Source: Macrostomum lignano | Lineage: Eukaryota | Direction of reading: 5' to 3' | Assembly: GCA_002269645.1 (NCBI GenBank) | Contig: NIVC01001007.1 | Location: 186,001-250,000 of the forward strand | DNA: 64,000 nucleotides | Shown here: piece by piece, positions 11,101 to 30,308 of the stretch | Position numbering within the stretch: the first letter of the stretch is position 1 | Layout: every line of letters starts with the position of its first letter | Translations under genes and position numbers: made by a program | The notes under the pieces: model-generated | The model's database searches: none | Told to the model about the DNA's origin: nothing | The model's input: the letters and a program-made list of their open reading frames with translations, nothing else

Positions 11101-14100
11101 AAAGGAACACAGGTGCTGATGGGTCTGGGAGAATGGAAGCAGAAAGGAACACAGGTGCTGATGGGTCTGGGAGAATGGAAGCAGAAAGGAACACATGTGC
11201 TGATGGGTCTGGGAGAATGGAAGCAGAAAGGAACACAGGTGCTGATGGGTCTGGGAGAATGGAAGCAGAAAGGAACACATGTGCTGATGGGTCTGGGAGA
11301 ATGGAAGCAGAAAGGAACACAGGTGCTGATGGGTCTGGGAGAATGGAAGCAGAAAGGAACACATGTGCTGATGGGTCTGGGAGAATGGAAGCAGAAAGGA
11401 ACACAGGTGCTGATGGGTCTGGGAGAATGGAAGCAGAAAGGAACACATGTGCTGATGGGTCTGGGAGAATGGAAGCAGAAAGGAACACAGGTGCTGATGG
11501 GTCTGGGAGAATGGAAGCAGAAAGGAACACAGGTGCTGATGGGTCTGGGAGAATGGAAGCAGAAAGGAACACAGGTGCTGATGGGTCTGGGAGAATGGAA
11601 GCAGAAAGGAACACAGGTGCTGATGGGTCTGGGAGAATGGAAGCAGAAAGGAACACAGGTGCTGATGGGTCTGGGAGAATGGAAGCAGAAAGGAACACAG
11701 GTGCTGATGGGTCTGGGAGAATGGAAGCAGAAAGGAACACAGGTGCTGATGGGTCTGGGAGAATGGAAGCAGAAGGGAACACATGTGCTGATAGGTCTGG
11801 GAGAATGGAAGCAGAAAGGAACACAGGTGCTGATGGGTCTGGGAGAATGGAAGCAGAAAGGAACACAGTTACACAGGCCCTAAATCAGAGTCTAATAAAG
11901 TGAAAAGTACGCATTTATAACAATTAGCATCTACTTACCCGTCTGAGTCCGTCTCATATCCTGCAGCAACACCCGTTGCAGAGCAATCTCAGTTTCTAAT
12001 TTAGCCACACTGCCAGAAGACACGCCGCGGCTGAGCTCGCTATTCTCGTCTTGCATCTGACGAATTCGAGCCATGAGCCGCTTGCCAGATTGACTATCCG
12101 GGGTGAACTTCCAAGCCGATAGGTCGCTCTGCGCCTGTTCTAGGCGCGCTTTAGCATCGGCTAGTTCTTGACGCAGTCGATAGACGGCCTGACCAACTGC
12201 CGGGTCCAAGGCGGCACACTTGATATTGGCAGCTGACTGGCTAGCTGCGTGCAATCGGAGCTGTTCCAGTTGTTGCTAAGCGGGATGGAGAGTGTGAAGA
12301 GGGGGTGCGATAATCTGTGGCTTTTTTTGGCGCGCTTGAAAGTGCTCAGGAGTCAGAGGGATGAGGGATGGGCAGAATGGACTCAGCGCTGATTCTGGGA
12401 CAATATCGCCCTAAAGGCGTTGCTCGCACCAGGTTGCCCGCAATGCCCCCTTAGCTAAACTGCAATTGCAACCAGCAATAGAACAGAAAACCTAGGCTTT
12501 CAAAAAAATATTTTCTTACACTACATAAAAGCAGTTCTTTATCTTTAGCCGAGACTGTCCTGGCAAGCAGGAGCACCCTGCGCTGGCTTTCCTGCAGCAA
12601 CTTGCGCAGCGTGTCTTCATTGGCCTCAGCAATTACTTCCGAAAGTGAAGCTGCATCAGATGAGCCTGCAAATGTGAAAAAATGATTTTTTGTAACTTTG
12701 TGCTAACTAAATTTTTGAGCTTAAGCATGAATTTAAAAAAAAAAAACTAGACATTGCCTAAAAAAAGCATTAAAACAAGGAAATCCTAATTTTACTTGGA
12801 TTTCATCCATATACTAAAATAGGTATATGATAAGCTGTAATAATAGGGTGAATACTTGTCTTGAATAATATATTAATAAGCTTTTATTACTAAATTTTAA
12901 TGAGCTAAGGCTACTGTTATTAGTTAGAGCTAGTAAGTTGTCAACAATTAATTAAATAGTAATTAATCTTTTGGTTCATATAATTAAGGTTTACCAAAAT
13001 CCAAGGGTTTAAGCCTCAAAATGCCAACTTAAGTGAAAACAAATATCTCTAACATGGCATTAAAAAAGGCATTTTAGAAGTTTACACAATTTGCTTAATA
13101 AATTTTGAAAACCATAATTTTTGGCATTATTACTTATGATTGCTAATGTACAAGCATTAGTAATCTTGTAGTTGGGAGAATTAGACTAGAAGCAAGGCAT
13201 GCTAGAAATCACCCTTTAGCTGCAATAGCTAAATAATGTTATGTCATTATATATAGTAATAAAAATAAATAAAAGGCTTGCTAGCTTTAATAAGAAATTT
13301 AATGCTTTCAAGTAATTTTTATAAGAGGTTTTGCTCTAGATACATTGATTTAATAAAAGGTTTTTTGGATTTCTAACAAACTTATGACAATAGCTTTTTC
13401 TTGCCTATAAATCTAAAATATAAAAAGGATACATTATAAAAAGTCCAAAGCCCAATTTTTTAACATTTATAATGAATATAATTAAGTCAATTTGCATATA
13501 ATCTAGTAAATATTACTTGTGTACACATTCCTATATTGTCTAACATGAACTCATATAATGTATTATAAATATATATATTTCTATATAATAAGGCTAACAA
13601 AAACAAATTCAACCAGGATTTTCAATATTTAGTCTATTTAACAATTGTTCTTAGTGTCTCAACATTGGTTTTACTATAAGCATGTGTGGCACATTGGAAA
13701 AAGCATATGTATATGTAATGTATGGTATGTGAGGCTTACCACCTTGGCTTATTTTGAAATTGGAATAAATATGCAAACTCAATGCAATGCATGAAAATTT
13801 AACTGCCCCTCTGTTTTAACCACCCCCAGATTATATATCACTGAACTGACTATCACTGAATTGCTTGTCACTAAGTCAACTAACCTATTGCCAAATTAAC
13901 TGGTTCCCAAAATATACAGGTATAGGTCTTAGTAACAATTATTATCAAGAAATCTAGGTCATGTGCCCATTTTTAAAAAAACATTTTTATATGCAACAAA
14001 AATTATGTTATCTTAGATCTACAGCAACTATAAATCTATTGAGTTATTAGTTAAAGATATAATAGAAAGTCTTTAAGATTAGGAAACATTTTTTAAATTT

Positions 14101-15096
14101 AATTTATTTAGGCTAAGAGCACAACCTTTAGTAAACATTATAAAGAAAGCATCTAAGCTTTACTTTAGATGAAGTATATTTATAGATATGAAAAACTTCT
14201 AACTAAAATCTAAAAAATTGCCTAAATCTAAAATAAGCCATGCAACTTTGCTTTTCAACTTCTTTATAAAAAACAAAGAAATCTTAAACTTTTTAATAGT
14301 CTAATTGTCTTGTCTAAATTGGCAAAAACTATAAAATGATGAAATATGTTGGTCTTTATTATAGCTAAACCTTAGTTTGTTGGAATTGTTGCAACTTATA
14401 ATTTGTACTAGCTAGATTGACTAGGCCTAGCAATGGCATATATATGATCCTTTTATTAAACGAACAGGGATAGAGTTAGGCCTATAATCAAATATTAGTT
14501 TATTTCAAAACTTGCACAGCAATAGAAAAGATAGCTAGCCTACCATACACAATACTAAACTATACATAACTGTACAAATACATTTATAAATAACTGTATT
14601 GTAGGTCATGTAAATCAAGTAATTGCACTAGGGGGCAGGGGGGGGGGCTAAAAAGTTTCAGCTTATCAACAGAAGCTAGGAAGCCTAATTTTTGTTTAGA
14701 TAATATATCTATCATATCAAACGGCTAAACTAAGTAAAGTAGACTCCCAAATAACATATAGGCCTAATCTATCCTATATACTGAAAATCTCATACTAAAA
14801 AGGTTTGTCGGTAGGTAGGTATCTATATTCTATGTGATCAATTAGTTAGAGAAAAAACGGCTTAACCGATTTTTTCAAACTATACATTACATTGTTTGCT
14901 TCAAAGTAAAATTGTGATTGTGCATAAAAATTCAATAAGACTGTCAATTAAATTCACAAACCCCTACTTTAAGTTAAGCCCAGCATAGGCCTTAGGCCTA
15001 CCCCCGCCTACATACCAGGACTCACACATGTAGTTAAAATAATTGACAGACCATATATACAGCTTTATTGAATCTTAATAAGAACTTACTTTGCAT
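8137..15096 (-). CDS. WTAP: WTAP / fl(2)d homologue (m6A writer adaptor); exons 12665-12520, 12275-11939, 8366-8137, probable start exon 15096-15090
   Basis: ALDPAV...LEQAQSDLSAWKFTPDSQSGKRLMARIRQMQDENSEL...KLETEIALQ matches the WTAP core (LSAWKFTPDSQTGKKLM). All junctions are GT-AG with consistent phases. The start exon ATGCAAA|GTAAG is phase-compatible but inferred. Confidence 0.9.
8449..11868. repeat. 42-bp minisatellite, ~81 copies, in the last WTAP intron
   Basis: Unit ATGGAAGCAGAA(A/G)GGAACACA(G/T)GTGCTGATGGGTCTGGGAGA, with one 4-bp interruption near 10160. Confidence 0.98.
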
Positions 15097-16097
15097 TTTT
15101 ATCAGAAAAACTGCGTAAAGTGGATGAGGACGCACGCTATTAATAATTATGTAAGACAAACCTGAATACTTAGGAGAAGAATAATATAAGCGTTAACGTC
15201 TAGACTGGATTTTTGCAGTTTGCTCAAAGCAACGTAAAGCACAAGTAAAACAAAGTTTGTATGCATTTGCACTTTAAGCATTTTAAGTTATTCACTTTAA
15301 TTATCCTTTAGTCCACTGCCTAAAGGCGCATTTCAAACTTAGCTGGTATTATATACAAATACACTTTGCGCTACTGTTAATTTCACCGTGATAACCATAC
15401 ATTCATATAGCCCTCTTTGTCGCATCACTAGGACTATAAAGCCTCAGATAAACACAAATGATATTTAAATTGGTGAAGTATTTCAAGACGCAACAATCTT
15501 GTCTGATTAGGAACGAATTGGCATGTAGAACAATGCCCATGCATTTGATTTTCATGAGACTAACATGTACACTTACGCTAAATCTGTGTATCAAAAACGG
15601 CAAAGTAAACACCACCTTGCATAAAAAAGAAGACAGTGGCAACAACGAATCTTTTGTTTGCGAGTAAGATTTAGAATTAAAATACAGAATTTCTTTTGTA
15701 TTTGCGAATCTTAGTTTGCAGTAATTAAAAAAAGACTTTCTTGGCTAAAACACTAAATTTACTAGGTAAAGACATGGGCTAGTCCTCTGAACGAAAAAAT
15801 ATACGAAATAAAATATACAAATCTGAAATCTACATGCATACTAAATTTTCTTTTATTGTGAACAATAATATTAGCACGGATACTCGCATCGTTATCTACA
15901 GGAGCGAGCGTCTAACCAGTTTAGACTGCGTGTATAAGAGCGTATGAATGTGATGAATTAAGAAACGATTAACTCTTCGATCAGTAATAAAGAATTTAAA
16001 ATCAATTGTTGTGTAATAAACCTGGTCACCAGTGGCCAAAAAAAAATCTATCTATCTCAGTTTGATCGATGCAATGAATCAGGAACATACAATGCAT

Positions 16098-16811
16098 TTA
16101 CTGCCCCCTTCCGCTAGCAGCCGGAGCCTCTAGACAAGCAGCTTCATCGTGAACTTCTTGAACAGCCGCCTCACCAATAGCTACTAATTCGTGTGGTTGA
16201 AAATGCGACTGCAACCAAGTGTCGAAATGGCAAGACAACTGCTCAACATATCGGCTCGAGTCCTGCTTATCAGATTCCAACGGGAGATAAACTTCTCGAA
16301 TAAAACTGGTTTCGAAGATGCCGACAGAGCGACGAAACGCATTCAACTGTTGACGAGCGGCTTCCCGTTGACGATAGCGAGCGTTTTGTTGAGCTGCATT
16401 GGAATCGGCCGACTTCTGCTGCAATCGAAGCCTGTAGCCGCGACGCACCGCCTCAGCAGCGTCAACGCGTCGACGCAGCGACGCCAGACGACCTTCGCCG
16501 TCATCTAGATCACGTCGCAACGATTCAATTGTGGCCGCGGCGGCTTCCAGTACGGCTGCACGACTGCGCGTCGACTGCTGGCTGGAGTCGCTGGCCGAGC
16601 TAGCTGTGATCAACATCGCCTCGTCGATTGCTGCGTCCAATTCATCGTACGCCGCTTTGATGCCATTCCGCCGGCGTCGTTCGGAATCGCTTCGAGCTTG
16701 ACGCTTCGAGTCCTGCTGCTGATGGTGATGCTGAGAATGATTTGAATTCCTGTCCGCCTCGTCTACTACAGCAGACTGCTGCTTACCTGATGCCGTAGTC
16801 AACAAGCCTTG
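16098..16811 (-). CDS. MLX: Mlx (Max-like X) bHLH-ZIP transcription factor, main coding exon; 5' exon(s) unresolved
   Basis: Basic/HLH region KRQARSDSERRRRNGIKAAYDEL, helix 2 SRAAVLEAAAATIESL and a zipper. The C-terminus LSCHFDTWLQSHFQPHELVAI resembles the Mlx DCD motif (LSACVFSWIEEHCKP). Acceptor TTTTTCAG at 16812. Confidence 0.75.
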   Translation of the reverse strand, partial: QGLLTTASGKQQSAVVDEADRNSNHSQHHHQQQDSKRQARSDSERRRRNGIKAAYDELDAAIDEAMLITASSASDSSQQSTRSRAAVLEAAAATIESLRRDLDDGEGRLASLRRRVDAAEAVRRGYRLRLQQKSADSNAAQQNARYRQREAARQQLNAFRRSVGIFETSFIREVYLPLESDKQDSSRYVEQLSCHFDTWLQSHFQPHELVAIGEAAVQEVHDEAACLEAPAASGRGQ

Positions 16812-16829
16812 CTGAAAAATCAAGCGAAA

Positions 16830-17075
16830 CACCTGAATGTTTAGGACTGGCGACCCACCTGAATGTTTAGGACTGGCAACCCACCTGAAGGATATATGGA
16901 TGGGGCAGAGGCACACCTGAAGAATCGGTAGGTGGGGTCAGCGGAACACCTGAAGAATCGGTGGATGGATGGGGTCAGCGGCACACCTGAAGAATCGGTG
17001 GATAGATGGGGTCAGCGGAACACCTGAAGAATCGGTGGATGGGGCAGAGGAACACCTGAAGAATCGGTGGATGTG
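16830..17075. repeat. ~31-36-bp imperfect tandem repeat (ACACCTGAAGAATCGGTGGATGGGG...)
   Basis: About 6 copies immediately upstream of the Mlx exon. Confidence 0.85.
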
Positions 17076-17837
17076 GCATTGATCCATCATAGCATGGGAG
17101 CTACAAATAAAAAAACAAAACAATTAAGCAGCTTTAATTAAAGGTAAAATGTGCATTTTAGCATAATCAAACAACAATACGCAAATTTATGGCCATTACA
17201 GTACTGTATGCGGTATTAAACTGAAGTAAAATATTCATACAATAGATACCATATAAAAATAATTAGATTATACGGAATTTTATGTTTCAGCTGATCCGAT
17301 GAGAATAATTGAAACAAAAAACAAAGCACAGGAATGAAATTCAATATGAGATATTAATTTTCCTTTAATAACACAGATTTTGGTCCACTACTACTTTGTC
17401 AGTAGGTAGATATGCGTCAGGACTTATTGCCACCGGACGATAATATATCAGATAAGCAGACTAATTTTAACAAAACAATCAGTTATAAAAAGGAGCATAA
17501 TTGTTGTTAACCTAAGTTAGTATTTTAGATAATTTGAAACAACTGCAATTTTATGCACAAAACAGCTTTTTTCAACTACGAACAATTTAATGATCAAATC
17601 TAGAAATGAAAGAATAAGAGAGAAAAACTCGCTCTAACTACTATCAATAGTAGGGGCCAGTAGTAGCGAGTAGTAAAGGAATGAACTAAAAAACTAACGT
17701 AACTAAACTTTATTTATTCAGAATTAAACTATGAAGATTACGAATATGATATAATATTACGGACTGGAACTTTTAAAATCTTTGCAGTTTAGTCAGTAGT
17801 AATAGTAAGGAGCACAAGCTGTTATCGATATATTCTT

Positions 17838-25169
<7,332 letters not shown>

Positions 25170-25963
25170 TGCAACAATAGGTTAATATATTACTGACAAG
25201 AATGAAAAGAAGCAAATTATCTAATGCTGTAATACAAAACTAAAGCAGCAGTCAGATTTAGATAGGAGCTTTGATTTGAAGCTGTTCAAATAAGAAATAT
25301 TATGACCTATATTGTAAACAATGTAAATTTAGAAAAGAAACAATGTTAATTTAAGAATCCTCTCAAATAATAATTGGTAGATCAGAAAAATATTTAAAGT
25401 ATACCCTATAGAAACAAGCTTATAACTGACAGCTCATGCGTCATGCGTGTGCCTTATTCGATCGTGCTTTGACACGTACGATTGTTTGTACAGTATGGTC
25501 CCCGCCCAGTTACTAACAGCTTCCTGGAAATATGAACCTTTGAAAACCATAATAATTATTATAATGCTTTCGACATAAATAAACTCACTTTAACTTTTAA
25601 AGGACTTTTGTGAAGCTGCATTTTGACTGGGTAAAATGTATTAACTTTTGCTTGTTTAAAACTCTTGACAGATATAACCCGCTAAAGGTAGGTGGATGCA
25701 TGGATGGGCCTACAATTGCTTTCAAAAAATTTCAATTTCGTCAGCAAAAAAACGATTAATTCAGTGATTAAATAAAAATACTGTAAGAGGCGTGAATGTT
25801 TTCGCTGTTGTGTGGTTGTTATTGAGTCGGAGTTATTCATCTGCAAATAATCGCGATGTACATTGATTGATGTACATTGCAAATATATAAATCGTTGCGC
25901 GTGGCTTTAGCCACTTCGTGTGTTTTTGGTCTCGCTTAACTCTCGCCTTCTCCCAGTTTACAT

Positions 25964-25975
25964 TGGTGGCAGCGG
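25964..25975 (+). promoter_or_regulatory. Primer-binding site complementary to the tRNA-Leu 3' end
   Basis: TGGTGGCAGCGG directly after the 5' LTR. It complements ...CCGCTGCCACCA of eukaryotic tRNA-Leu(AAG/TAG), recalled from memory. Confidence 0.75.
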
Positions 25976-25999
25976 CCTCAGTTGCAAACCGGCTCACTC

Positions 26000-26842
26000 A
26001 TGGCGCACGCAAATGCACTTTTACCGCCAAAGTTTTCTGGCTCAGACGATACCGATATCAACATGTGGCTGCAGATGTTTGAGGACTTTGCAGCAGATTC
26101 TGAGTGGAACGACACCAAGATGGCATCCAAGATCAAGCTGCTTCTATCAGGTGAAGCCCTCGTGTTCGTCTGGGACCTGCCAGCGGCCAAACAGAGCAGC
26201 TACGAGATCTTAAAGGACGAACTCGTCAAGTTCTACAGAGGCAAGGATAACACTTTTCGCGCTATGTCTGAGTTCGAGAGCCGGAAGCGACGCCAAGGAG
26301 AGTCGCTGAGGGAGCTGTGCTACGCACTCAAGCTTCTGTATCGAAAGGCACGCCCGGAGCACGCTCAAACGGTGAGAGATTGCGAAGTGCGACACCGACT
26401 GCTAGCTCTGCTGCCGACAGAGATCCGTGAGGCTCTGTTGAAAGCTTCGGATTATGACAGCAGCAGTCCTGAACAGCTGGCAGACCGCGCCACAGCGCTG
26501 GAGAGCATCGGCAGCAAAGGAGCCCCGGCAAGCGTCGCAGTGACATCGGTGAGCAGCCAAGTGACTGACCGGCTGGAGCAAATGCAAGAGCAGTTGGCGG
26601 ATCTGGCTGCGACAGTCGCCACCATTGGCAGCCGCGGAGGACAGCGCGGTGGGAGAAGGAATGCAGCTCGTGGAAGAGGCAGCACCCGTGGAAAATGCTT
26701 CAACTGCGCTCAGCCCGGTCATTTCGCTGCTCAGTGTCCAGGCAAGCAAGTCGCTCCAGCTGTGCCGTCTGTGTGCAGCCGCTGCTCAGGCAGAGGACAC
26801 CGGGCCGAGGTCTGCCCGACTCCGGCTTCGGGAAACTTCTGA
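26000..26842 (+). CDS. gag: Gypsy Gag with two CCHC zinc knuckles
   Basis: PPKFSG...WLQMFE capsid-like N-terminus; CFNCAQPGHFAAQC and CSRCSGRGHRAEVC. -1 slippery heptamer GGGAAAC at 26830-26836 just before the stop. Confidence 0.93.
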   Translation: MAHANALLPPKFSGSDDTDINMWLQMFEDFAADSEWNDTKMASKIKLLLSGEALVFVWDLPAAKQSSYEILKDELVKFYRGKDNTFRAMSEFESRKRRQGESLRELCYALKLLYRKARPEHAQTVRDCEVRHRLLALLPTEIREALLKASDYDSSSPEQLADRATALESIGSKGAPASVAVTSVSSQVTDRLEQMQEQLADLAATVATIGSRGGQRGGRRNAARGRGSTRGKCFNCAQPGHFAAQCPGKQVAPAVPSVCSRCSGRGHRAEVCPTPASGNF

Positions 26843-29800
26843 GGACTGGTGAGCGCGGGCCATCACCAGCCCTGCCTAGCAAGGCCCAAACCGTCTCAAT
26901 ATTTCTGCCTGGCAGCATTGCTGGCCGGCCCTGCAGGTGGCTGTTCGACACTGGCGCACAGGTAACTTTAGTTTCAGCTGCGCTGCTTCGAGTTCTAGGA
27001 GTCGATGCTCAGCTTCATCCTCCTATCAGCACTCCGGTCGGAATCGATGGTCGACGCTTGGAGTCTCCGGCGAGTGCAACGCTAGCGATACAGCTAGAGA
27101 GAGGGACTGCCATCCGTGGAGCACCAGGTAATGGTGGTTGCCGGGATTCAGCCGGAATGCGTGCTCGGTATGGACGCCATCGGGAAAATGTGCTCAAGTT
27201 TTAGCGTCAATCTCCCGGCGTCTTCTGTCCAGCTGGGGTCAACCAGGATCTCGATCTTGCCGGACAGGAGCTCCTCGCAGGCCTGCCGAGTGGTGCCCAC
27301 CGCCGTGATTGCCAGAGTTGCCAGCACCGTGTCCATTCCAGCCCGCAGCCGCGTCATCATCCCAGTCAAAGTGCCATCGTCTGTCGAGCAGGGTCTATTC
27401 GAGCCCAGCTCAGATTTTATCGACAAGACTGGCCTGCTGCCAAACAGGGCTCTGGTGGTCTCCAGCGTAGACGGAAATCTCGCAGTGGGCGTCTGCAACG
27501 TGAGTGCCGACCCGGTGGTGCTCTACCAGAACCAGGCAATCGGCAACTTCGACGCTGCAGAAGTAAACGGAGCAGACGGTGAACCTGGTGAAGAGGAAGC
27601 TGGCTTTAACATCAACCCGGAGCTGAGCGAGTCGCAGAGCGAGCGCATCGAATCCTTGCTGTGCCAGGCAGAGCAGGCATTCGCCAGGCACGAGTTTGAC
27701 CTGGGAACAACACACCTGCTGCAACACGAGATTAATCTGGAACCCGGCAGTCGCCCCATCAAGCATAGGCAACGGACCGTTCCCCTGAATTACCGGCAGC
27801 AAGTGGACGAGAAAATTAGCGAGATGCGGCGTCACGGGATTATCGAGCCGTCCTACAGTCCATGGGCGAGTAATCTGCTTGTGGTGCGAAAGAAAAACAA
27901 CGAGATTCGAATCTGCACCGACTGGAGAGCCCTCAACTCGTGCACCGTGAAGGACGCCTACCCGCTGCCTCCGCTGTCTGCTGCGCTGGACGCGCTCACT
28001 GGAAGCAGTTGGTTCAGCACTCTTGACCTCCGCCAAGGGTTCCTGCAGGTTGAGCTGCGAGAGCAAGACCGGGAGAAGACCGCTTTCTACACCACGCAGG
28101 GCCTGATGCAGTACAGGAAACTCGGGTTCGGCCTCTGCAACGCCCCGGCAACCTTTCAGCGCCTGATGGACCTAACGATGGCCGGCCTGAACTGGACAGA
28201 GGTGCTCACGTACATGGACGATCTGATTCTGTTTAGTCAGACCTTCGAGAAGCATGCGGAAACACTGGAACAGGTCCTGGGAAGACTGCAGTCTGCTGGC
28301 CTCAAATTGAACAAACGCAAGAGCTACTTCTGCTTCCAGGAGGTTGAGTACCTAGGACACAAAATCTCGGCAGAAGGCATTCGACCAACTCAGGACAAGG
28401 TCAGCGCTATCCAGTCCATCCCGATACCCGAATGCGCTGAGGATGTTCGCCGGCTTGTCGGCATGCTGGGCTTCTACCGGCGTTTCGTTCCGCACTTCGC
28501 CAGCATCGCTAATCCGCTTCATCAGGCGACTCAGAAGAGTCGACAGTTTCAATGGACAACTCAGTGCGATGACGCTCTGCGGAAGCTGAAGTCAGCTCTG
28601 TCGACACCACCCGTACTGAAGCTGCCTGACTACTCCAAGGGATTCCGGTTGTGCTGTGACAGCAGCGGAGTGGCCATCGCCGGCGTCCTGAGCCAGCTCC
28701 ACGAAGATGCCGAGTGTCCGGTAGCCTACGCGTCGAGAGTCCTGAACAAAGCGGAGCGCAATTATTCGACTACCCACAGAGAGCTTCTTGCGGTGGTCTG
28801 GGCGATGAAGCATTTCCGGAACTACTTGGCGTCCGCTGGCGAAATTCTCGTCTTCACCGACCACAAGCCGTTGCAAGGACTGCTCAACACGAAGGAGCCA
28901 GAAGGCCGGCTAGCCAGATGGATTACGTTTCTGCAGGAGATCAACTTCAAGCTGCTCTTCAGACCTGGTCGCGAAAACGTGGTTGCGGACGCACTGAGCC
29001 GAGCAGCGGCGACCCGGCTGCACCCTGCCTGGTCGGACAACGACATCCGTGTAGCGCAGGCTGACGACCCAGTGCTAGCGGCGGCTCGACAAGTGCTCCT
29101 CGGACAAAGGCCAAGACGTGGCAAGGCTGCAGATGACGCAGAACACCTGGTGAGGACAGAGAAGCTGGACCTTGGTGAAGATGGCGTCCTCAAGAAGAGT
29201 GGCCAACCCGTGATCCCGCGGCAGCTTCGCCAGGACCTGCTGCAGCTGCTGCACGACGATCCTGCAAGCGGGCAACACCGTGCCATCAGCTCCTTGGGAG
29301 ATGGTGCAGGTGGACATCAAAGGGCCCCTCCCAGAGACTGAAGCCGGCCTCAGGTACATCATCTGCTTCACGGACGTGTTTTCCAAGTGGGTTGAGGCGA
29401 CCGCGGTGTCCAACATTGAGGCCCGGACGGTTGCGGATGCGCTGCTAAGGAGTGTCGTTCTTCGCCACGGAGCGCCCGAAGTCATCCACTCCGATCAGGG
29501 TCGTCAGTTTGAAAGTGACATCTTCCAAGAGCTGTGCCGCCTGCTGGATATTCGCAAGACAAGAACGACACCCTTCCATCCCAGCGGCAACCCTGCAGTC
29601 GAGCGGTTCAACCGAACATTAGGCGACATGCTGGCGGCGTACTGCATGGAACAGCAGAACAAATGGGCGGACTTCCTGCCGTACGTCATCTGGGCGTACA
29701 ACTCTTCAGCACACTGCACCACCAAGAGGTCGCCCTACGCAGTGCTTCACGGATGTGACCCCAGGATCCCGGCAGAGCTCAGTTTACCTGCAGGCGGCGA

Positions 29801-30308
29801 AAGGAGGCTCGTCACGGACACTCTGGCAGACGCTCGCACCGGCTTGCAGCTCGTGCGGCAGCGCCTGCAGTCGACACAGCGGTCACGGAAGCAGCAGTAC
29901 GACAAGCGCCAGCACTTCACGCCGATCCAAGTCGGGCAGCTGGTGATGCTCAGCAACCCGGCGGTGTTGAAGGGCCAGTCCAAGGCTCTCCGTCGGCGGT
30001 GGCTGGGACCGTACCGCGTGCTCGAGAGGCTGGGCCCCGTCACCTACCGGATCTCAAAACCCTCCGGCCGGAGACGAAGCACGGTGGTGCATCACGACCG
30101 GCTCAAGCTGTTCGTGCGCAGGCGGCCGCAGCCCGCTTCCTGGCAGTCCGCCCCGACTCCGCCCGCTGCAGAGGCCGGCCGAACGCCCAGCCCGGCTGTC
30201 GATCCGCGGCTGACCTGGACGGACTTGCTGGATGAGCCGACCGCAGTCGGCCCTCGGCGTTCTGCAAGGACTCGAAGACCGCCTGATTTTTATGCTGCGC
30301 AAGACTAG
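26830..30308 (+). pseudogene. pol: Gypsy pol (protease, RT, RNase H, integrase) with two disruptions
   Basis: LFDTGA protease; YMDD RT; CCDSSG and TDHKPL RNase H; VQVDIKGP, IHSDQG and VERFNRT integrase plus GPY motif. Frameshift at ~27097-27104 (extra AGAG) and a frameshifting deletion of the HHCC region at ~29273. Confidence 0.92.

Noticed and set aside
8408-11903. Six ORFs of 560-1150 aa
   Set aside because: They are translations of a 42-bp intronic array that is stop-free in five frames, with no non-repetitive domain. They lie inside the WTAP intron.
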